IMG/VR virus record: IMGVR_UViG_3300020037_003256
Span: 32,001 to 96,000 of that record
DNA from: a virus
Taxonomy: Duplodnaviria > Caudoviricetes
Length of the DNA stretch: 64,000 nt
Direction: 5' to 3' (one strand)
Of the stretch, positions 1 to 9,949 are shown one piece after another; the first letter of the stretch is position 1; every line of letters begins with the position of its first letter. The notes below the pieces were generated by a model. That model had not been told where the DNA came from. It saw only the letters and a program-made list of their open reading frames with translations, and ran no database searches. The position numbers and the translations under genes were made by a program.

Positions 1-55
1 TTTTGGCTCACAATGATTCTCCGCCGAATAGTATGAAGTCAGCACGTTAACAGGG

Positions 56-439
56 TTAACCGCCGCCTTGATTCTTGAAAAAACTTTGCCCAAGCATGCC
101 TTCGTTTGCGTAGGGATCTCGCCCGACCTTACGCCCGTTAACTGTTCCGCGTGGCCAGCTATTGGGGGCATGTGCTGCGGGTACAACGTCTGTATTTTCT
201 TCAGCAGCAGTCTTGTTGTCTTTCTCTTGCACTTTATCCGAGGCGTACACAGGACGCGTGCTTCCCATACTTGTGGAGATGGTAGGCGCTGCAGGCAAAT
301 CACTCGCAGCTGGCGTCTCTACGACGTTGCGTTTCGTAAGTGCGGTATCCGTGTACGTCCCAACACGGGCTGTGTTGTTGGTACCTTTTACAACCACCAC
401 TTGGTTTTGTGGTGCTGGTGGATCATTTAACTGGGACAT
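56..439 (-). CDS. hypothetical protein (127 aa) downstream of the capsid gene
   Basis: AGGAG SD upstream; collinear with head genes; no recognisable domain. Confidence 0.6.
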   Translation of the reverse strand: MSQLNDPPAPQNQVVVVKGTNNTARVGTYTDTALTKRNVVETPAASDLPAAPTISTSMGSTRPVYASDKVQEKDNKTAAEENTDVVPAAHAPNSWPRGTVNGRKVGRDPYANEGMLGQSFFKNQGGG

Positions 440-482
440 CCCTGTCTCCTACTGGCGAACGGGTTATGCTTGGAACAGAGGG

Positions 483-514
483 ATGTAACGCAGGATTGGT
501 TACCTGCGTTACAT
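483..514 (-). terminator. hairpin just after the capsid gene stop (terminator or mRNA-stabilising stem)
   Basis: 12-bp perfect inverted repeat ATGTAACGCAGG/CCTGCGTTACAT, 8-nt loop; weak U-tract. Confidence 0.5.
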
Positions 515-520
515 GCTTAA

Positions 521-1462
521 TTATTCAAAGTCGATACGAGCCAAACCAGAAGTGTGCCCGATGGTTCCACCCATGGTTTCGTAAGCGAAGAATTCCAACA
601 TGTACGCTTCTCGGCGAATGTACATCGTCGTATCTTCCAAAACGTACGATTTGCCGATGAACTTGGGATCGGCGAACTGGTACATGGTATTGGTGGCGAC
701 AAGACCTTTCTTGATCGTCACAATCCACGTAACGCCCATGAACTTCTGTTGAGACCATCCGTCCTTCATGATCTCTTCAGCAAGCACACCACCCATTTCG
801 TTGTGCGTGAATTTCCCAATTTCCTTGATCGTGATATTGTTGACGAGAACAACGTGCACTTCCAAGTTGCTTGGGGTGTTTGGCATGACCTTCAAGCTGT
901 CCCACAAGGTATCACGAGTGATGCCCCCGAGGATAACTTCGTGTTGAACAGTTCCCGAAGTAGGAACAGTCAACCCGGGTCCAACAATCGCCGTATTTAC
1001 GGCACGTAAAAATTTTCCATCTTCTTCCGCCAGCATGTCTTTGATGGCGTTGTCGCTCAGCACCTGGCGGATATCCATGATCCAGGTTCGCAGTTCGTCC
1101 ACGTCTTTCGTGAATCGCGGGGTCGCGATCCGGTCGAACATGACACGGTAACGAGGACCACGAATGTATAGGTTCATTGGCAGAGTAGCGAAAGGAATGG
1201 AGATAGCTGCGGGGCTATCGGGTTCCTTGTCAACGACTTTGACAGGCTTGTCCGTATCGACTTGACGATCGAGCTCGTCGTTGGTGATAGGGATAGGAGG
1301 CATGATGCGACGATAGAAACCGTCTTCACGCATCTTCGTGCGGGTAAAATCGTTAACAGAGTCTTCCGCTTCTTTAATGAGACTCGGGTCACGGCTGGAA
1401 AGCTTGTCGAAGACAGCTTCAGACATTAATCGCGAGTCTTCCTGTGTCAGCACTTGCGGCAT
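521..1462 (-). CDS. probable major capsid protein (HK97-like), 313 aa
   Basis: Size; position after protease, scaffold-like and decoration-like genes; REDGFYRRIMPP segment resembles large-phage capsid proteins; GGAGG SD; 3' hairpin. Confidence 0.7.
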   Translation of the reverse strand: MPQVLTQEDSRLMSEAVFDKLSSRDPSLIKEAEDSVNDFTRTKMREDGFYRRIMPPIPITNDELDRQVDTDKPVKVVDKEPDSPAAISIPFATLPMNLYIRGPRYRVMFDRIATPRFTKDVDELRTWIMDIRQVLSDNAIKDMLAEEDGKFLRAVNTAIVGPGLTVPTSGTVQHEVILGGITRDTLWDSLKVMPNTPSNLEVHVVLVNNITIKEIGKFTHNEMGGVLAEEIMKDGWSQQKFMGVTWIVTIKKGLVATNTMYQFADPKFIGKSYVLEDTTMYIRREAYMLEFFAYETMGGTIGHTSGLARIDFE

Positions 1463-1470
1463 GGGGTTTG

Positions 1471-1480
1471 ACCTCCGTGT
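1471..1480 (-). promoter_or_regulatory. SD overlapping a CsrA/RsmA-box match (ACACGGAGGT)
   Basis: Matches (A/U)CANGGANG(U/A); 8 nt before the capsid ATG. Confidence 0.45.
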
Positions 1481-1550
1481 GTATGCAATGATTCGTCCAT
1501 GAAGTTCCGCCAGTACGCACCAGCGGAACGTAGGTAATAATCAGTTTGGG

Positions 1551-2078
1551 TTATGGGTTAGGGAATACAGGACATGGCCAGAAAGCGACAGCGTCGTGGT
1601 TGTACCCGTTGTCGACAACCCCGCGAGACACGAGTCCTACGATCATGTCCGTGTACAGGGTTCCGACTTTCAGTTTACCGGCGTCACTGCCACTCAGATC
1701 CGAGGTTAACGGATCGTTTGGTTCATAAGTACCATCCACGAAAGCGGTACTTACAAGCTCGTACGCACCGACAGCCACTAGGGCCATGGCTTGTCCGGTT
1801 GGATTGATTGCAACCCAGGCCCCACGTTCCGTAGCAGGATCTCCGCCATAGTTCGTAACGTCTGGGTCTGCACTGCCGTTGAACATAAACAACGGCATAA
1901 CGGGCAAAGTTCCTACACCTAACGCGTACTTGCCGTTAGCGTCAATGTGCACAACGCTACCTGGTAGCACGGTGCGATCGACAGTAGCGGCAAATTCGGT
2001 ATGAAAGTCCACAGCACTGGTTTGCGGCCAGCCCTTGAGGGCGTTCAAGGTGTTTGCGGTCATTAACGGTACAGACAT
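1551..2078 (-). CDS. putative capsid decoration/cement protein, 175 aa
   Basis: Small Gly/beta-rich protein directly upstream of the capsid gene. Confidence 0.5.
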   Translation of the reverse strand: MSVPLMTANTLNALKGWPQTSAVDFHTEFAATVDRTVLPGSVVHIDANGKYALGVGTLPVMPLFMFNGSADPDVTNYGGDPATERGAWVAINPTGQAMALVAVGAYELVSTAFVDGTYEPNDPLTSDLSGSDAGKLKVGTLYTDMIVGLVSRGVVDNGYNHDAVAFWPCPVFPNP

Positions 2079-2086
2079 GAACCTAA

Positions 2087-2096
2087 TCCTCCGTGA
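2087..2096 (-). promoter_or_regulatory. SD overlapping a CsrA/RsmA-box match (TCACGGAGGA)
   Basis: Matches (A/U)CANGGANG(U/A) before the 2078 start. Confidence 0.45.
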
Positions 2097-2139
2097 AATT
2101 TTTTACTGACTGACTTGCGTGTCAATCAGGTTGTTTTAG

Positions 2140-2610
2140 TTACTTCCCAATACCCGCAAGACGCATCAACGCTTTATCGCTCTCTTTCACGAAAGCGGTT
2201 TTCTCGCCCACAATTGGATGGGTGAGAGAGTTGTATTCTCCGTTGCTCGGTACACTGATCCCGAATTCTGAGCCGTCTACACCGGTACCCAGATCACCAG
2301 CACGCTTGGAGCCGACACGAGAAAGCGCTTCGCTCAGCTCAGCAATGCGGTCCGTCGCGTTCTTTAACAACTGCAATGTCGTTTCATGCGAGGATAGCAT
2401 AGCGTCTGCTGCTTCCTTCTCTTTAGCCGGAACTAGTTTTCGTGCGATCATGCTCTCCAAAAGGGCCGGACGCATAGCTGCGGCTTTCTCGCTGACGCTG
2501 CGGTACACCGCGTTTTCGTCAAGTGCCCGCTTGGTTGTGAGGCTACTCAACTCGATAAACCCTACGACATTAGAGATAACGCCCGCAGGGACTTGAAGAA
2601 AGTTGCTCAA
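2140..2610 (-). CDS. head-associated helical protein, 156 aa (TTG start)
   Basis: Head cluster; K-x-A motifs (TKRA, EKAA, SKRA, EKTA). Confidence 0.6.
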   Translation of the reverse strand: MSNFLQVPAGVISNVVGFIELSSLTTKRALDENAVYRSVSEKAAAMRPALLESMIARKLVPAKEKEAADAMLSSHETTLQLLKNATDRIAELSEALSRVGSKRAGDLGTGVDGSEFGISVPSNGEYNSLTHPIVGEKTAFVKESDKALMRLAGIGK

Positions 2611-2618
2611 AGGACAGT

Positions 2619-2628
2619 TCCTCCGTGA
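2619..2628 (-). promoter_or_regulatory. SD overlapping a CsrA/RsmA-box match (TCACGGAGGA)
   Basis: Identical 10-mer to the 2087-2096 site. Confidence 0.45.
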
Positions 2629-2652
2629 GCTTTAATAATTTTGAGCATAAAC

Positions 2653-2677
2653 GATGGGGACCACAGTGGTCCCCATC
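2653..2677 (-). terminator. hairpin after the scaffold-like gene
   Basis: GATGGGGACCAC-A-GTGGTCCCCATC perfect inverted repeat 6 nt past the stop at 2684; short U-run. Confidence 0.5.
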
Positions 2678-2683
2678 CGGACC

Positions 2684-4000
2684 TTATCGTTTCATACGAG
2701 ATCGTGTGATGATCTCGTGGATATAGTTGCGTACCTCGGCGGCAGCTACTTTTTGCGTGGTGTTTCGCTTTTGCCCGCCCGCACTAGCTTGCGTTTCCAT
2801 GCCGCCAGGGGGGGGAGCACCCCCTGCGGCATCTCCGCCACCGGCCCCACCGCCAGCAGCGTGCTCTTGCATTGCGGCTTCAAGTTCTTCTGGCGTCACG
2901 CCCATTTCTTCCAAAGCAGAAGCTAATTGCATGACTTCGGCATCTTGTCCGCCTTCTGCTCCGCCCATGTCACCGCCACCTGCATCAGCGCCACCGCCTA
3001 AAGCTGCAAGCATTGCATGGTCGTCGCCCCCTTCTGCACCTCCCCCGTCACCTACTGGCGGCATTCCTCCGCCACCACCGGGAGGCATTCCTCCGCCCAT
3101 GCTAGGGTCTCCACCTGGGGGCATCCCTCCACCCATCGGTGGTTCAGCTTCTTCCAAAGCTCGCTTGGTAAAAGCAGTAGCGTATTGAATGAAAGCGTCA
3201 GCATCGTCCGCAGCGGTTTTAATCACTTCGGTCAAAGCAGAGTGGACCATAGTATCGACAGCTTGCTTGTTCAATCCCTTTCCGGAGATCAAACCTGCAA
3301 GTTCGTTACCTGCGTAGTAGGCAAGTTGTGGATCGATTTGGTTTTGTTGCCCGTAGCTTGCTTGCTTGGTAGCAGCAGCTGGAGCACGTAACCCTTGGGA
3401 CGTGTAAATATCGTGGATCTGGGCCAACAAGGTGTTGCCCATATTACGCATGTCGGATGCCAACTTTTCCAAGTTGTCATTTGCGTATTTGTGTCCGTCC
3501 AGGCTATCGTTTTCGGTATTGGCTGGATGGCTTGTCCCGCCCATGCCACCTTGTTCCTTGTCTTCCTTCCCTGCTTTCGCAGAGTTGGTCTCGTGGGCGG
3601 GGTCTTCCCCGGTAGGAGCAACTTTGGTGGTGGTCGAGATATGGTCGTCTTCTGCGGATCCCGGTTGGCTGACAGCCCCACCTTCTGCGGATTTAGCGAA
3701 AGACGAAAGTGCACCAAAGATACTAGCGGATTTGGTGCTAGCTTCTGGTCGCCCTTCAACGGACGCAGGACCTTGATCTGCCTTCACGTCTTTGCTGTTC
3801 TCTTCAGATCGCTTTCCTGTTTTGGCTTTATCCAAACGGTCGTCAACCCGCTTGACCGGGTGGCTAGTCTCCCCACCGATCGAGCCGGGTTCACTGAGTG
3901 GGGTCGTCCCGTCAGCTGCCTTCTCGGATGCGGTCTTGATCTGGCCCACGGACTTCACGAACTGGTCAATCGTAGCGATTGAACTCTTAGCGGTGGTCAT
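2684..4000 (-). CDS. scaffold-like/internal head protein, 438 aa
   Basis: Between protease and capsid genes; low complexity; about 10 K-x-A motifs; GGGMPPGG repeats; basic C-terminal helix. Confidence 0.55.
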   Translation of the reverse strand: MTTAKSSIATIDQFVKSVGQIKTASEKAADGTTPLSEPGSIGGETSHPVKRVDDRLDKAKTGKRSEENSKDVKADQGPASVEGRPEASTKSASIFGALSSFAKSAEGGAVSQPGSAEDDHISTTTKVAPTGEDPAHETNSAKAGKEDKEQGGMGGTSHPANTENDSLDGHKYANDNLEKLASDMRNMGNTLLAQIHDIYTSQGLRAPAAATKQASYGQQNQIDPQLAYYAGNELAGLISGKGLNKQAVDTMVHSALTEVIKTAADDADAFIQYATAFTKRALEEAEPPMGGGMPPGGDPSMGGGMPPGGGGGMPPVGDGGGAEGGDDHAMLAALGGGADAGGGDMGGAEGGQDAEVMQLASALEEMGVTPEELEAAMQEHAAGGGAGGGDAAGGAPPPGGMETQASAGGQKRNTTQKVAAAEVRNYIHEIITRSRMKR

Positions 4001-4053
4001 TCGACTGGTACTCCTTTACCGGTGTGGTAATCATCTGTTCGGCCAGCAAGACC

Positions 4054-5571
4054 TTAGATGACCTGATTCTGGCACGCGGATAGGCGTGCCGTCAACATGA
4101 ACTCATCGTCAAATGCAGCGATACGTTGTAGTGCTGCAACCTTATAGCAGGCGTAATCTCGAACTAGTTTTTCGGCTTCGTCTTTGTCTGCAGCGGATTT
4201 CTCATTCCAAAAAACGTTTTTTAGAATAGGTGCCGCACAGCTCCGTAGAGTAGCACGTTTGCACCGGGCGTCTACGGCATTCTTCTCCAATGAATGGCTT
4301 GCAACCATTTTGCTTGCAGTTTGTCGCTGTTTGGCTGACGCCAGCTTCTCTGACATACTAAACGGATTCGATGCAAGTCGCTGAGACAACGAACCATCGT
4401 TAATCATTCGCAAGTATACGCCAGGTAACAAAGATCCTGCAATATCGACAAGAGACGCTCGCTTGGTCATATTAGCGAAATCGCGTAACGGTAGAATGAT
4501 TTTCTTATCCGCTAAAGCTGTGAGTCCTGCAGCAATCTTTTCCTGACGTTCGCTGTGTAGTTCCAGCCCAATCAAATCAGCGGGTGGCTGCACTTCCGGA
4601 ACGAACGCCAACTTCACAGGACTAGCGGCCCACTCATCTGCTTGTTGTTCCAATGCCGCCAAGCCGTATGCCAACTTAACTTGCCCAGAAACAAAAGGTG
4701 TACCTAGTGCAAAGTCTTGCGCCATAATAACAGCCATAGGTGCGGTCACGCCTAAATCAGCTGCAGACTTAGCCCCATCAATCCCAAAGAAACCGTCACT
4801 AGCTGCTTTTACCCAGTCCGCACGAACACCGAAAGCGGTGCGGTCTGCTGGGCGGAATACGCCTGACATGTCAAAGAAAATAGGATTGTCGTTTATCACG
4901 TGCAACAGATGCACGTCTTCCGCTGTTTTGATTAGGCGGGTCAGATTGTTGTAGCACCCGCCATACTTGCAGCTCGCTTCTTTGCAGTACTGTTCGCGTG
5001 TACTGGCTTTGTTGCCACAACCAGAGCAAACGTCATACGGAACGCGACAAGCCATACTCACTGGTATGGGTTCGTCTCGTGCCAGCTTTTCTAGTTCTTT
5101 GTCTGCCGGTCCGTCGCACTTCAGTAGCTCTGCCGCTTTCTTAGTCGCAGGCAAACCTACCAGCAACTCAACACGTCGCATTTCGGGATTGTAGGCAGAC
5201 GCCTTTATAATTCCGTAATGCGGATGCCCTTCGGCTTTCTTATTCTTGTGGTTGCGAAACCAATACGCGTATTTCACAAACGTGTCGTGTGTTCTCTTCA
5301 GCGTGGCTTCTGTAAAGCCATCGCCATTGCGGTTTGGTCCCCACGCTTCGCTAGCACCAAGACCGATCAAGTGGACAGGTATCTCGTCTTTGGCAAACTT
5401 AAGCCGCGAGATCTGATCGTCGAAGATGCTGGCTCCGGCGTGCCCGGCACGTTTGACAAATTCACGGCGATCTGACGCACCAAACCGGTTATCGTTTCCA
5501 AGCTTCATGATCGCGGCAATAGGCACGTCCCAGTCCCAACCCGAGGGCGAGATAGTCTTCTCCATAGCCAT
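4054..5571 (-). CDS. prohead (maturation) protease with Cys-rich insertion
   Basis: NRNGDGF, FRNH (candidate catalytic His), VSMAC (candidate catalytic Ser) followed by CSGC...C...C; start moved to MAMEK at 5571 (GAGG SD). Confidence 0.75.
   Translation of the reverse strand: MAMEKTISPSGWDWDVPIAAIMKLGNDNRFGASDRREFVKRAGHAGASIFDDQISRLKFAKDEIPVHLIGLGASEAWGPNRNGDGFTEATLKRTHDTFVKYAYWFRNHKNKKAEGHPHYGIIKASAYNPEMRRVELLVGLPATKKAAELLKCDGPADKELEKLARDEPIPVSMACRVPYDVCSGCGNKASTREQYCKEASCKYGGCYNNLTRLIKTAEDVHLLHVINDNPIFFDMSGVFRPADRTAFGVRADWVKAASDGFFGIDGAKSAADLGVTAPMAVIMAQDFALGTPFVSGQVKLAYGLAALEQQADEWAASPVKLAFVPEVQPPADLIGLELHSERQEKIAAGLTALADKKIILPLRDFANMTKRASLVDIAGSLLPGVYLRMINDGSLSQRLASNPFSMSEKLASAKQRQTASKMVASHSLEKNAVDARCKRATLRSCAAPILKNVFWNEKSAADKDEAEKLVRDYACYKVAALQRIAAFDDEFMLTARLSACQNQVI
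4209..4222. repeat. dispersed palindrome AAAAAACGTTTTTT, copy 1 (intragenic, encodes LKNVFWN)
   Basis: ATTCC-A6CGT6-AGAAT. Confidence 0.9.
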
Positions 5572-5572
5572 G

Positions 5573-6847
5573 TTATTTGTCCTCAGATACGGGTTTCGAA
5601 TACTGTTCCATGATCTCTCGCATGGACTTCTGGTTAGCCTTGTCCTGCAGATTACCACGAATCAAGTATTCCAGACCAATCGGGGCACCGTAAAGCAACG
5701 CTCGCTTACCCGCAGCACTGCCGATGTTTGACGCCCCAGCATAAGTCTTACCAAGCAAGCGGTTGTGGTAGATCTTGCGGCCTGCATATTCCGGATGATT
5801 GTGATAACCCAGATCCTTTAGTTGGTGCGCCGTGCTTTCTGTCATCATGTGTTCAACAGGTTTACCCGGTTCCGTTGTAACGGTCTTAGTGGTTTCCTGA
5901 AGCGGGTTGGCTTTAGCTTTGAGTGGGTCTGCTTCCTTGGGATACGTTTGCGTCGTCTCGACCTGTTTAGGCTTAGACGTGAACACAGAAAGCAAAGGTT
6001 TACTGCTGTTAATATCCGAGCGATGGTCCCCTAATAACTTCGCAATACCGCCTTCAAATTTGCCACTCGGGCCTAATCCTGTGTGGACTGTTACAGCTGG
6101 ATCGTAAGAATGTGTGTTCTTTAGAATCGAGTCTTTCAAAGCCTCGTTAATGTCCTTGTTGCCGTGCAGACCTTTCGTAAGAAACTCCGTGCCCAGCTTA
6201 CCCGCTGCCTCTCCTGGTTTGATCCTAGCCAGGTTCTTAATAGGATTGTGTAAAGCTAAGTCAGTTATCCCCGCAGCTGTAGCTGCGGTGGTAGTCCACG
6301 GGGCGGCATCGTGCAAAGCGGAGTACCCGTCAGATACAGTGCCGCTGACACGACTCTGAATGCTTGGTGACGAAAGCTCCCGCAGCTTCGCGTGCAGGTC
6401 CGGATTGTCTTTCAACGCCCGTGGATCTACCTGCATCATCTTGCCCGTCTTCGGATCTACGAACCGCCCAGGTGTAACCGCGTCCGTACCGTTCAAACGG
6501 TTACTTGGACTCTTTAACCCAGACAGCTGATCGCGAGCCATTCCGATACCAGCACCAGCACCTGCACCAAGCATACCGCCAGCAAGCACCGAACCAAGTA
6601 CACTACGACGCTTGTTTGGGTCCTGCGCGTTGTTAAGCAAGGTGTTGGTACCAAGCGCCGCCGCACCGATACCGCCACCAATCAAAGCATGCTGGGCCAT
6701 TGGGTCTTTGATCGCTTCATGTAACGAAGACAACCAAGCCGGTGCTGCCGTTTTTTGAAAAACGCCAGCACGTGTTCCTGCCTGCAACGTAGCTAGCTTT
6801 TCGACTGCGTCGCCCAGCGTACCGTTCAAAAGAGCCTGGATATTCAT
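5573..6847 (-). CDS. putative virion protein with Gly-rich hydrophobic segments, 424 aa
   Basis: EKLA/QKTAA near N-terminus; GxxxG-type segments. Confidence 0.6.
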   Translation of the reverse strand: MNIQALLNGTLGDAVEKLATLQAGTRAGVFQKTAAPAWLSSLHEAIKDPMAQHALIGGGIGAAALGTNTLLNNAQDPNKRRSVLGSVLAGGMLGAGAGAGIGMARDQLSGLKSPSNRLNGTDAVTPGRFVDPKTGKMMQVDPRALKDNPDLHAKLRELSSPSIQSRVSGTVSDGYSALHDAAPWTTTAATAAGITDLALHNPIKNLARIKPGEAAGKLGTEFLTKGLHGNKDINEALKDSILKNTHSYDPAVTVHTGLGPSGKFEGGIAKLLGDHRSDINSSKPLLSVFTSKPKQVETTQTYPKEADPLKAKANPLQETTKTVTTEPGKPVEHMMTESTAHQLKDLGYHNHPEYAGRKIYHNRLLGKTYAGASNIGSAAGKRALLYGAPIGLEYLIRGNLQDKANQKSMREIMEQYSKPVSEDK

Positions 6848-6863
6848 CGTTGTCCTCTTAGTT

Positions 6864-8387
6864 TTACCCTAACAAAGAGTCTGGTGCGGAACCGCCCAGC
6901 AAGCTCGTGTTCGGCGTCGGTGTTTTAGTCTTAGCCAACCCATGCTCGATATCGAGCAGTTCCTTGGATTCGAACGGTTCTGTATGACCTTCTAGGCGCT
7001 TACGCAAAGCCGGACGTAACGTAGCAACGTTCTCCGCCACGCGGGGTGCAGTTTGCGAGATTTCGTTATAGGCGTTTAATACCTTGTCCGGGTCGTGTGC
7101 TGAAATTGGATCGTTTGGATCCGTCAACATTTGATTTATCATTGCGTGAGCTTTGATTTTACGCAATTCGTTCTCATGCTCTGGATCTTCCAATCCCATC
7201 CAAGCGTCGTCGACCAGAGAGTCTCTGGTCTTGCCAGGTGCACCCAACGTCTTGCCCATAGACGAGCCAATGGCCGTACCCAAACCAACACCGAAGAAGG
7301 CCGATTTGACTCGTGGCTTTCTTCGCATACCAATGGCTTGCTGTGATTGTCGGTTGATAGCCGCAAGTTCTTCATCAAGACTTGCTACGTCCCCGTACGG
7401 ATCTGCAGGCGTTTCATTGTGCGTTGCTTTGTGTGCAAGAATGTCTCCAGCGGCAATTGCCCCGATTTCCGGAACGATGCCGAATCCACGTTTCTCGCCA
7501 ACACCAAAAAGGTTAGGTCCTTCAAGCCCGGTCTCAGCCGCGACATGCGCGGCTTTAGCGAAAGGGCGTAGTTCCTCCGACTTGGCTCGTTCGTACGCGT
7601 TCTTCAACGCACTGGCAGTCTTTTCCAGCGTGTATACGTCACCGGCAAGCTTGATAGCTGTTCGCACAGCTACAAACGGTTCTTTGTTAAGATCGACCGG
7701 TTGGTACATCTGTGCTGAAGCTGCTTTCTCTACGACAGGTAAGCGTTGCTGTACCACATCCATGAGCAGTTTCGCTTCGTCCCCCATGTACGTCATCGCA
7801 GCCGTCTTTACCGTCTGAAACGCCAATCGTTGCGATGGGGCCAACCGGAAGTACTGCACCAACTCAGCCACTTTAGTCATCAACGCGTCCTTGCTCGCAG
7901 ACGCACGGCGACATGCTTCATCCCTAGCCTGCTTAGCTCGCTGGATGTTACCGAATGCTGTATCAAGACTAGGCTTCGTTTCTGCAACCGTCGCAGTGGT
8001 CCCTGGTAGTTTGTATGAAGCAGTCTTTTCGCGTTTAGCCGCAACAGTCTCAGCGAACACAGGCTTGCGACTGTACGCCGGATCGATCACTGCCGCAGAT
8101 TTCTCGCCGTGCTTCAAATACAACGCATTGATTACTGCGTCAGGATCGCACATAGGGAACGACGCTAGCTTGTCCAAAGCCCCGCCAGGATGACGCCACT
8201 GTCCGAGCTGCTGCCCCGTGTTGTATGCTTGCCCAATTAACCGAATCTTGCCAGGACCAAAACCGTTATCTTTAGCGACTTTGGTCACAGCATCGTTAGG
8301 CGAGAGTCCCGCTGTGACTAGATCCGTTGCAGCTTTAACCGCGTCTAATAGCTGTTGCTCTTCGCGGTTATTAACCGTATCACTCAT
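6864..8387 (-). CDS. putative virion structural protein, 507 aa
   Basis: About a dozen K-x-A motifs; helical; in structural cluster. Confidence 0.6.
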   Translation of the reverse strand: MSDTVNNREEQQLLDAVKAATDLVTAGLSPNDAVTKVAKDNGFGPGKIRLIGQAYNTGQQLGQWRHPGGALDKLASFPMCDPDAVINALYLKHGEKSAAVIDPAYSRKPVFAETVAAKREKTASYKLPGTTATVAETKPSLDTAFGNIQRAKQARDEACRRASASKDALMTKVAELVQYFRLAPSQRLAFQTVKTAAMTYMGDEAKLLMDVVQQRLPVVEKAASAQMYQPVDLNKEPFVAVRTAIKLAGDVYTLEKTASALKNAYERAKSEELRPFAKAAHVAAETGLEGPNLFGVGEKRGFGIVPEIGAIAAGDILAHKATHNETPADPYGDVASLDEELAAINRQSQQAIGMRRKPRVKSAFFGVGLGTAIGSSMGKTLGAPGKTRDSLVDDAWMGLEDPEHENELRKIKAHAMINQMLTDPNDPISAHDPDKVLNAYNEISQTAPRVAENVATLRPALRKRLEGHTEPFESKELLDIEHGLAKTKTPTPNTSLLGGSAPDSLLG

Positions 8388-8415
8388 CGATATAGTCCTC
8401 CATGACTAGTCGCAA

Positions 8416-9486
8416 TTAAAGCTCGCTTTTACGCGACGCTACGATAGCCTTTTTGTCTTTCTTTGCAGCAGGCAACGCCTTAGGGAAGTTGGATGGCGTC
8501 ACGGTTTCAGCCGTGCGTCCGCTAGCCAGCAGGATAAGCTCGTCGTCTCTTAACTCGCTAGCCATGGTGTCGAACCGCCCCAAAACAGTGTCGCTGTAGA
8601 TCTGCTCCCCGTCTTCACCTGCAGCCCACGGAATTTCGTTAATCGTTGCGCGGATATGTTTATCAAGCTCAGACTTAGCGTTATCGCTGTTCTCCGCACT
8701 GTTCGCAATCGCCATGAGTTGTGCGTGTGCCGACAGCAACTCCATAACGTTGTACTTGTTGATTTCAAACATTTGTGCTGCTTGGGCCGTACGACGTTTA
8801 ATCGTCGTAGCCACAGTACGGTCTAACCAGTTATCGATATCATCCATACTGACAACCGGCTTGCCAGCCTGCAAACCACCGATAAGCAAGTCGGCCATGT
8901 ACGGCCCGCCGTAATAGGCGAACAGCTTAAGCGTACCGTCCATGAATGGACGAGCAATCGCGTTATCTTTGAACATATTGTGCGGTACGTCGTCGTCCGG
9001 CAGTTTAACACCGGCTGTACGTACCAAAGCCGGTGCGATCACCTGCTTCGTAATCCAATCCCGTTTGTCCAAATGCGGAATCACGTCGAAAAACAAATCG
9101 CAGTACCACTGCACGGAATCGGGAAGCACGCCCATAATGTCAGCAATCGCTTCTGGTGTTTGCCTCGCCAAGATACGAGCTTGGATATACATGGCGGCAT
9201 CTGGATCTTCCTGTGCCCGCTGATGAAACTCGTAGGCGTAGAACAGGCCAGGGTTATCGTACTTCAGGCGCTCGATGGACATTTCATCGCCGTTACGTCG
9301 CTTAGCGATAAACGCACGAGCTGCGCGAACTATATGGTCGTCCCGACGAGAACACCGCCCAGGAATATCTCCCGGGCGATCTACTAATTTCAACACACGT
9401 TCCCAGCGCCAATCAGGTGTGCGGAAGAAGTTGTACTTTTGGTAGTCTGCGTAGGTACCAAGATCCTTAGTTTCGACCATACTCAC
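8416..9486 (-). CDS. hypothetical protein, 356 aa
   Basis: Long globular ORF, overlapping its upstream neighbour. Confidence 0.7.
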   Translation of the reverse strand: MSMVETKDLGTYADYQKYNFFRTPDWRWERVLKLVDRPGDIPGRCSRRDDHIVRAARAFIAKRRNGDEMSIERLKYDNPGLFYAYEFHQRAQEDPDAAMYIQARILARQTPEAIADIMGVLPDSVQWYCDLFFDVIPHLDKRDWITKQVIAPALVRTAGVKLPDDDVPHNMFKDNAIARPFMDGTLKLFAYYGGPYMADLLIGGLQAGKPVVSMDDIDNWLDRTVATTIKRRTAQAAQMFEINKYNVMELLSAHAQLMAIANSAENSDNAKSELDKHIRATINEIPWAAGEDGEQIYSDTVLGRFDTMASELRDDELILLASGRTAETVTPSNFPKALPAAKKDKKAIVASRKSEL

Positions 9487-9935
9487 TCAACCTCTTTCAC
9501 GCCACCGATAGCGACAGCAAAGCTCTTTGCGCCTGCGGTAGTTGGCGTAATCATCAGATATAGTTTTGAGCGGGCCTGCCCCTGCCGATCGCTATTGTGT
9601 TCCATGTTTTTGAACACGAAACCGTAGCCACCTGTTTCGTGATCCGAGAAGTAAACTAACTGCCCAGCCGAGTCACACGGAATCTCGTGTGTTACGCGAT
9701 AACAGTCATTGGGTATTTTACCGACGTCCGGCTGCGCCGAATCAGACGTGGCCGTACCGTCCTTCACTTGGCTGTGGTTATACAACCCCACCGAGAAGTT
9801 CGCTTTTACGCCGTCTGTCTGCACCACAATGATTTTCGAAATCGTTGACCTGTCCGGCCACGCCAGTTCCACAACAACCGGATCCGCGGCGACCTGAATG
9901 TTCGCCATCGGTGCCATTTCGTACGGTACACCCAT
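9483..9935 (-). CDS. hypothetical beta-rich protein, 150 aa
   Basis: GGGAG SD; operon context. Confidence 0.65.
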   Translation of the reverse strand: MGVPYEMAPMANIQVAADPVVVELAWPDRSTISKIIVVQTDGVKANFSVGLYNHSQVKDGTATSDSAQPDVGKIPNDCYRVTHEIPCDSAGQLVYFSDHETGGYGFVFKNMEHNSDRQGQARSKLYLMITPTTAGAKSFAVAIGGVKEVE

Positions 9936-9949
9936 GTTCGCTCCCCTAG

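Noticed and set aside
6749-6764. CGTTTTTTGAAAAACG as a ninth palindrome copy
   Set aside because: Only a half-site with the arms in the opposite arrangement; not counted, although it also overlaps a KTA codon run
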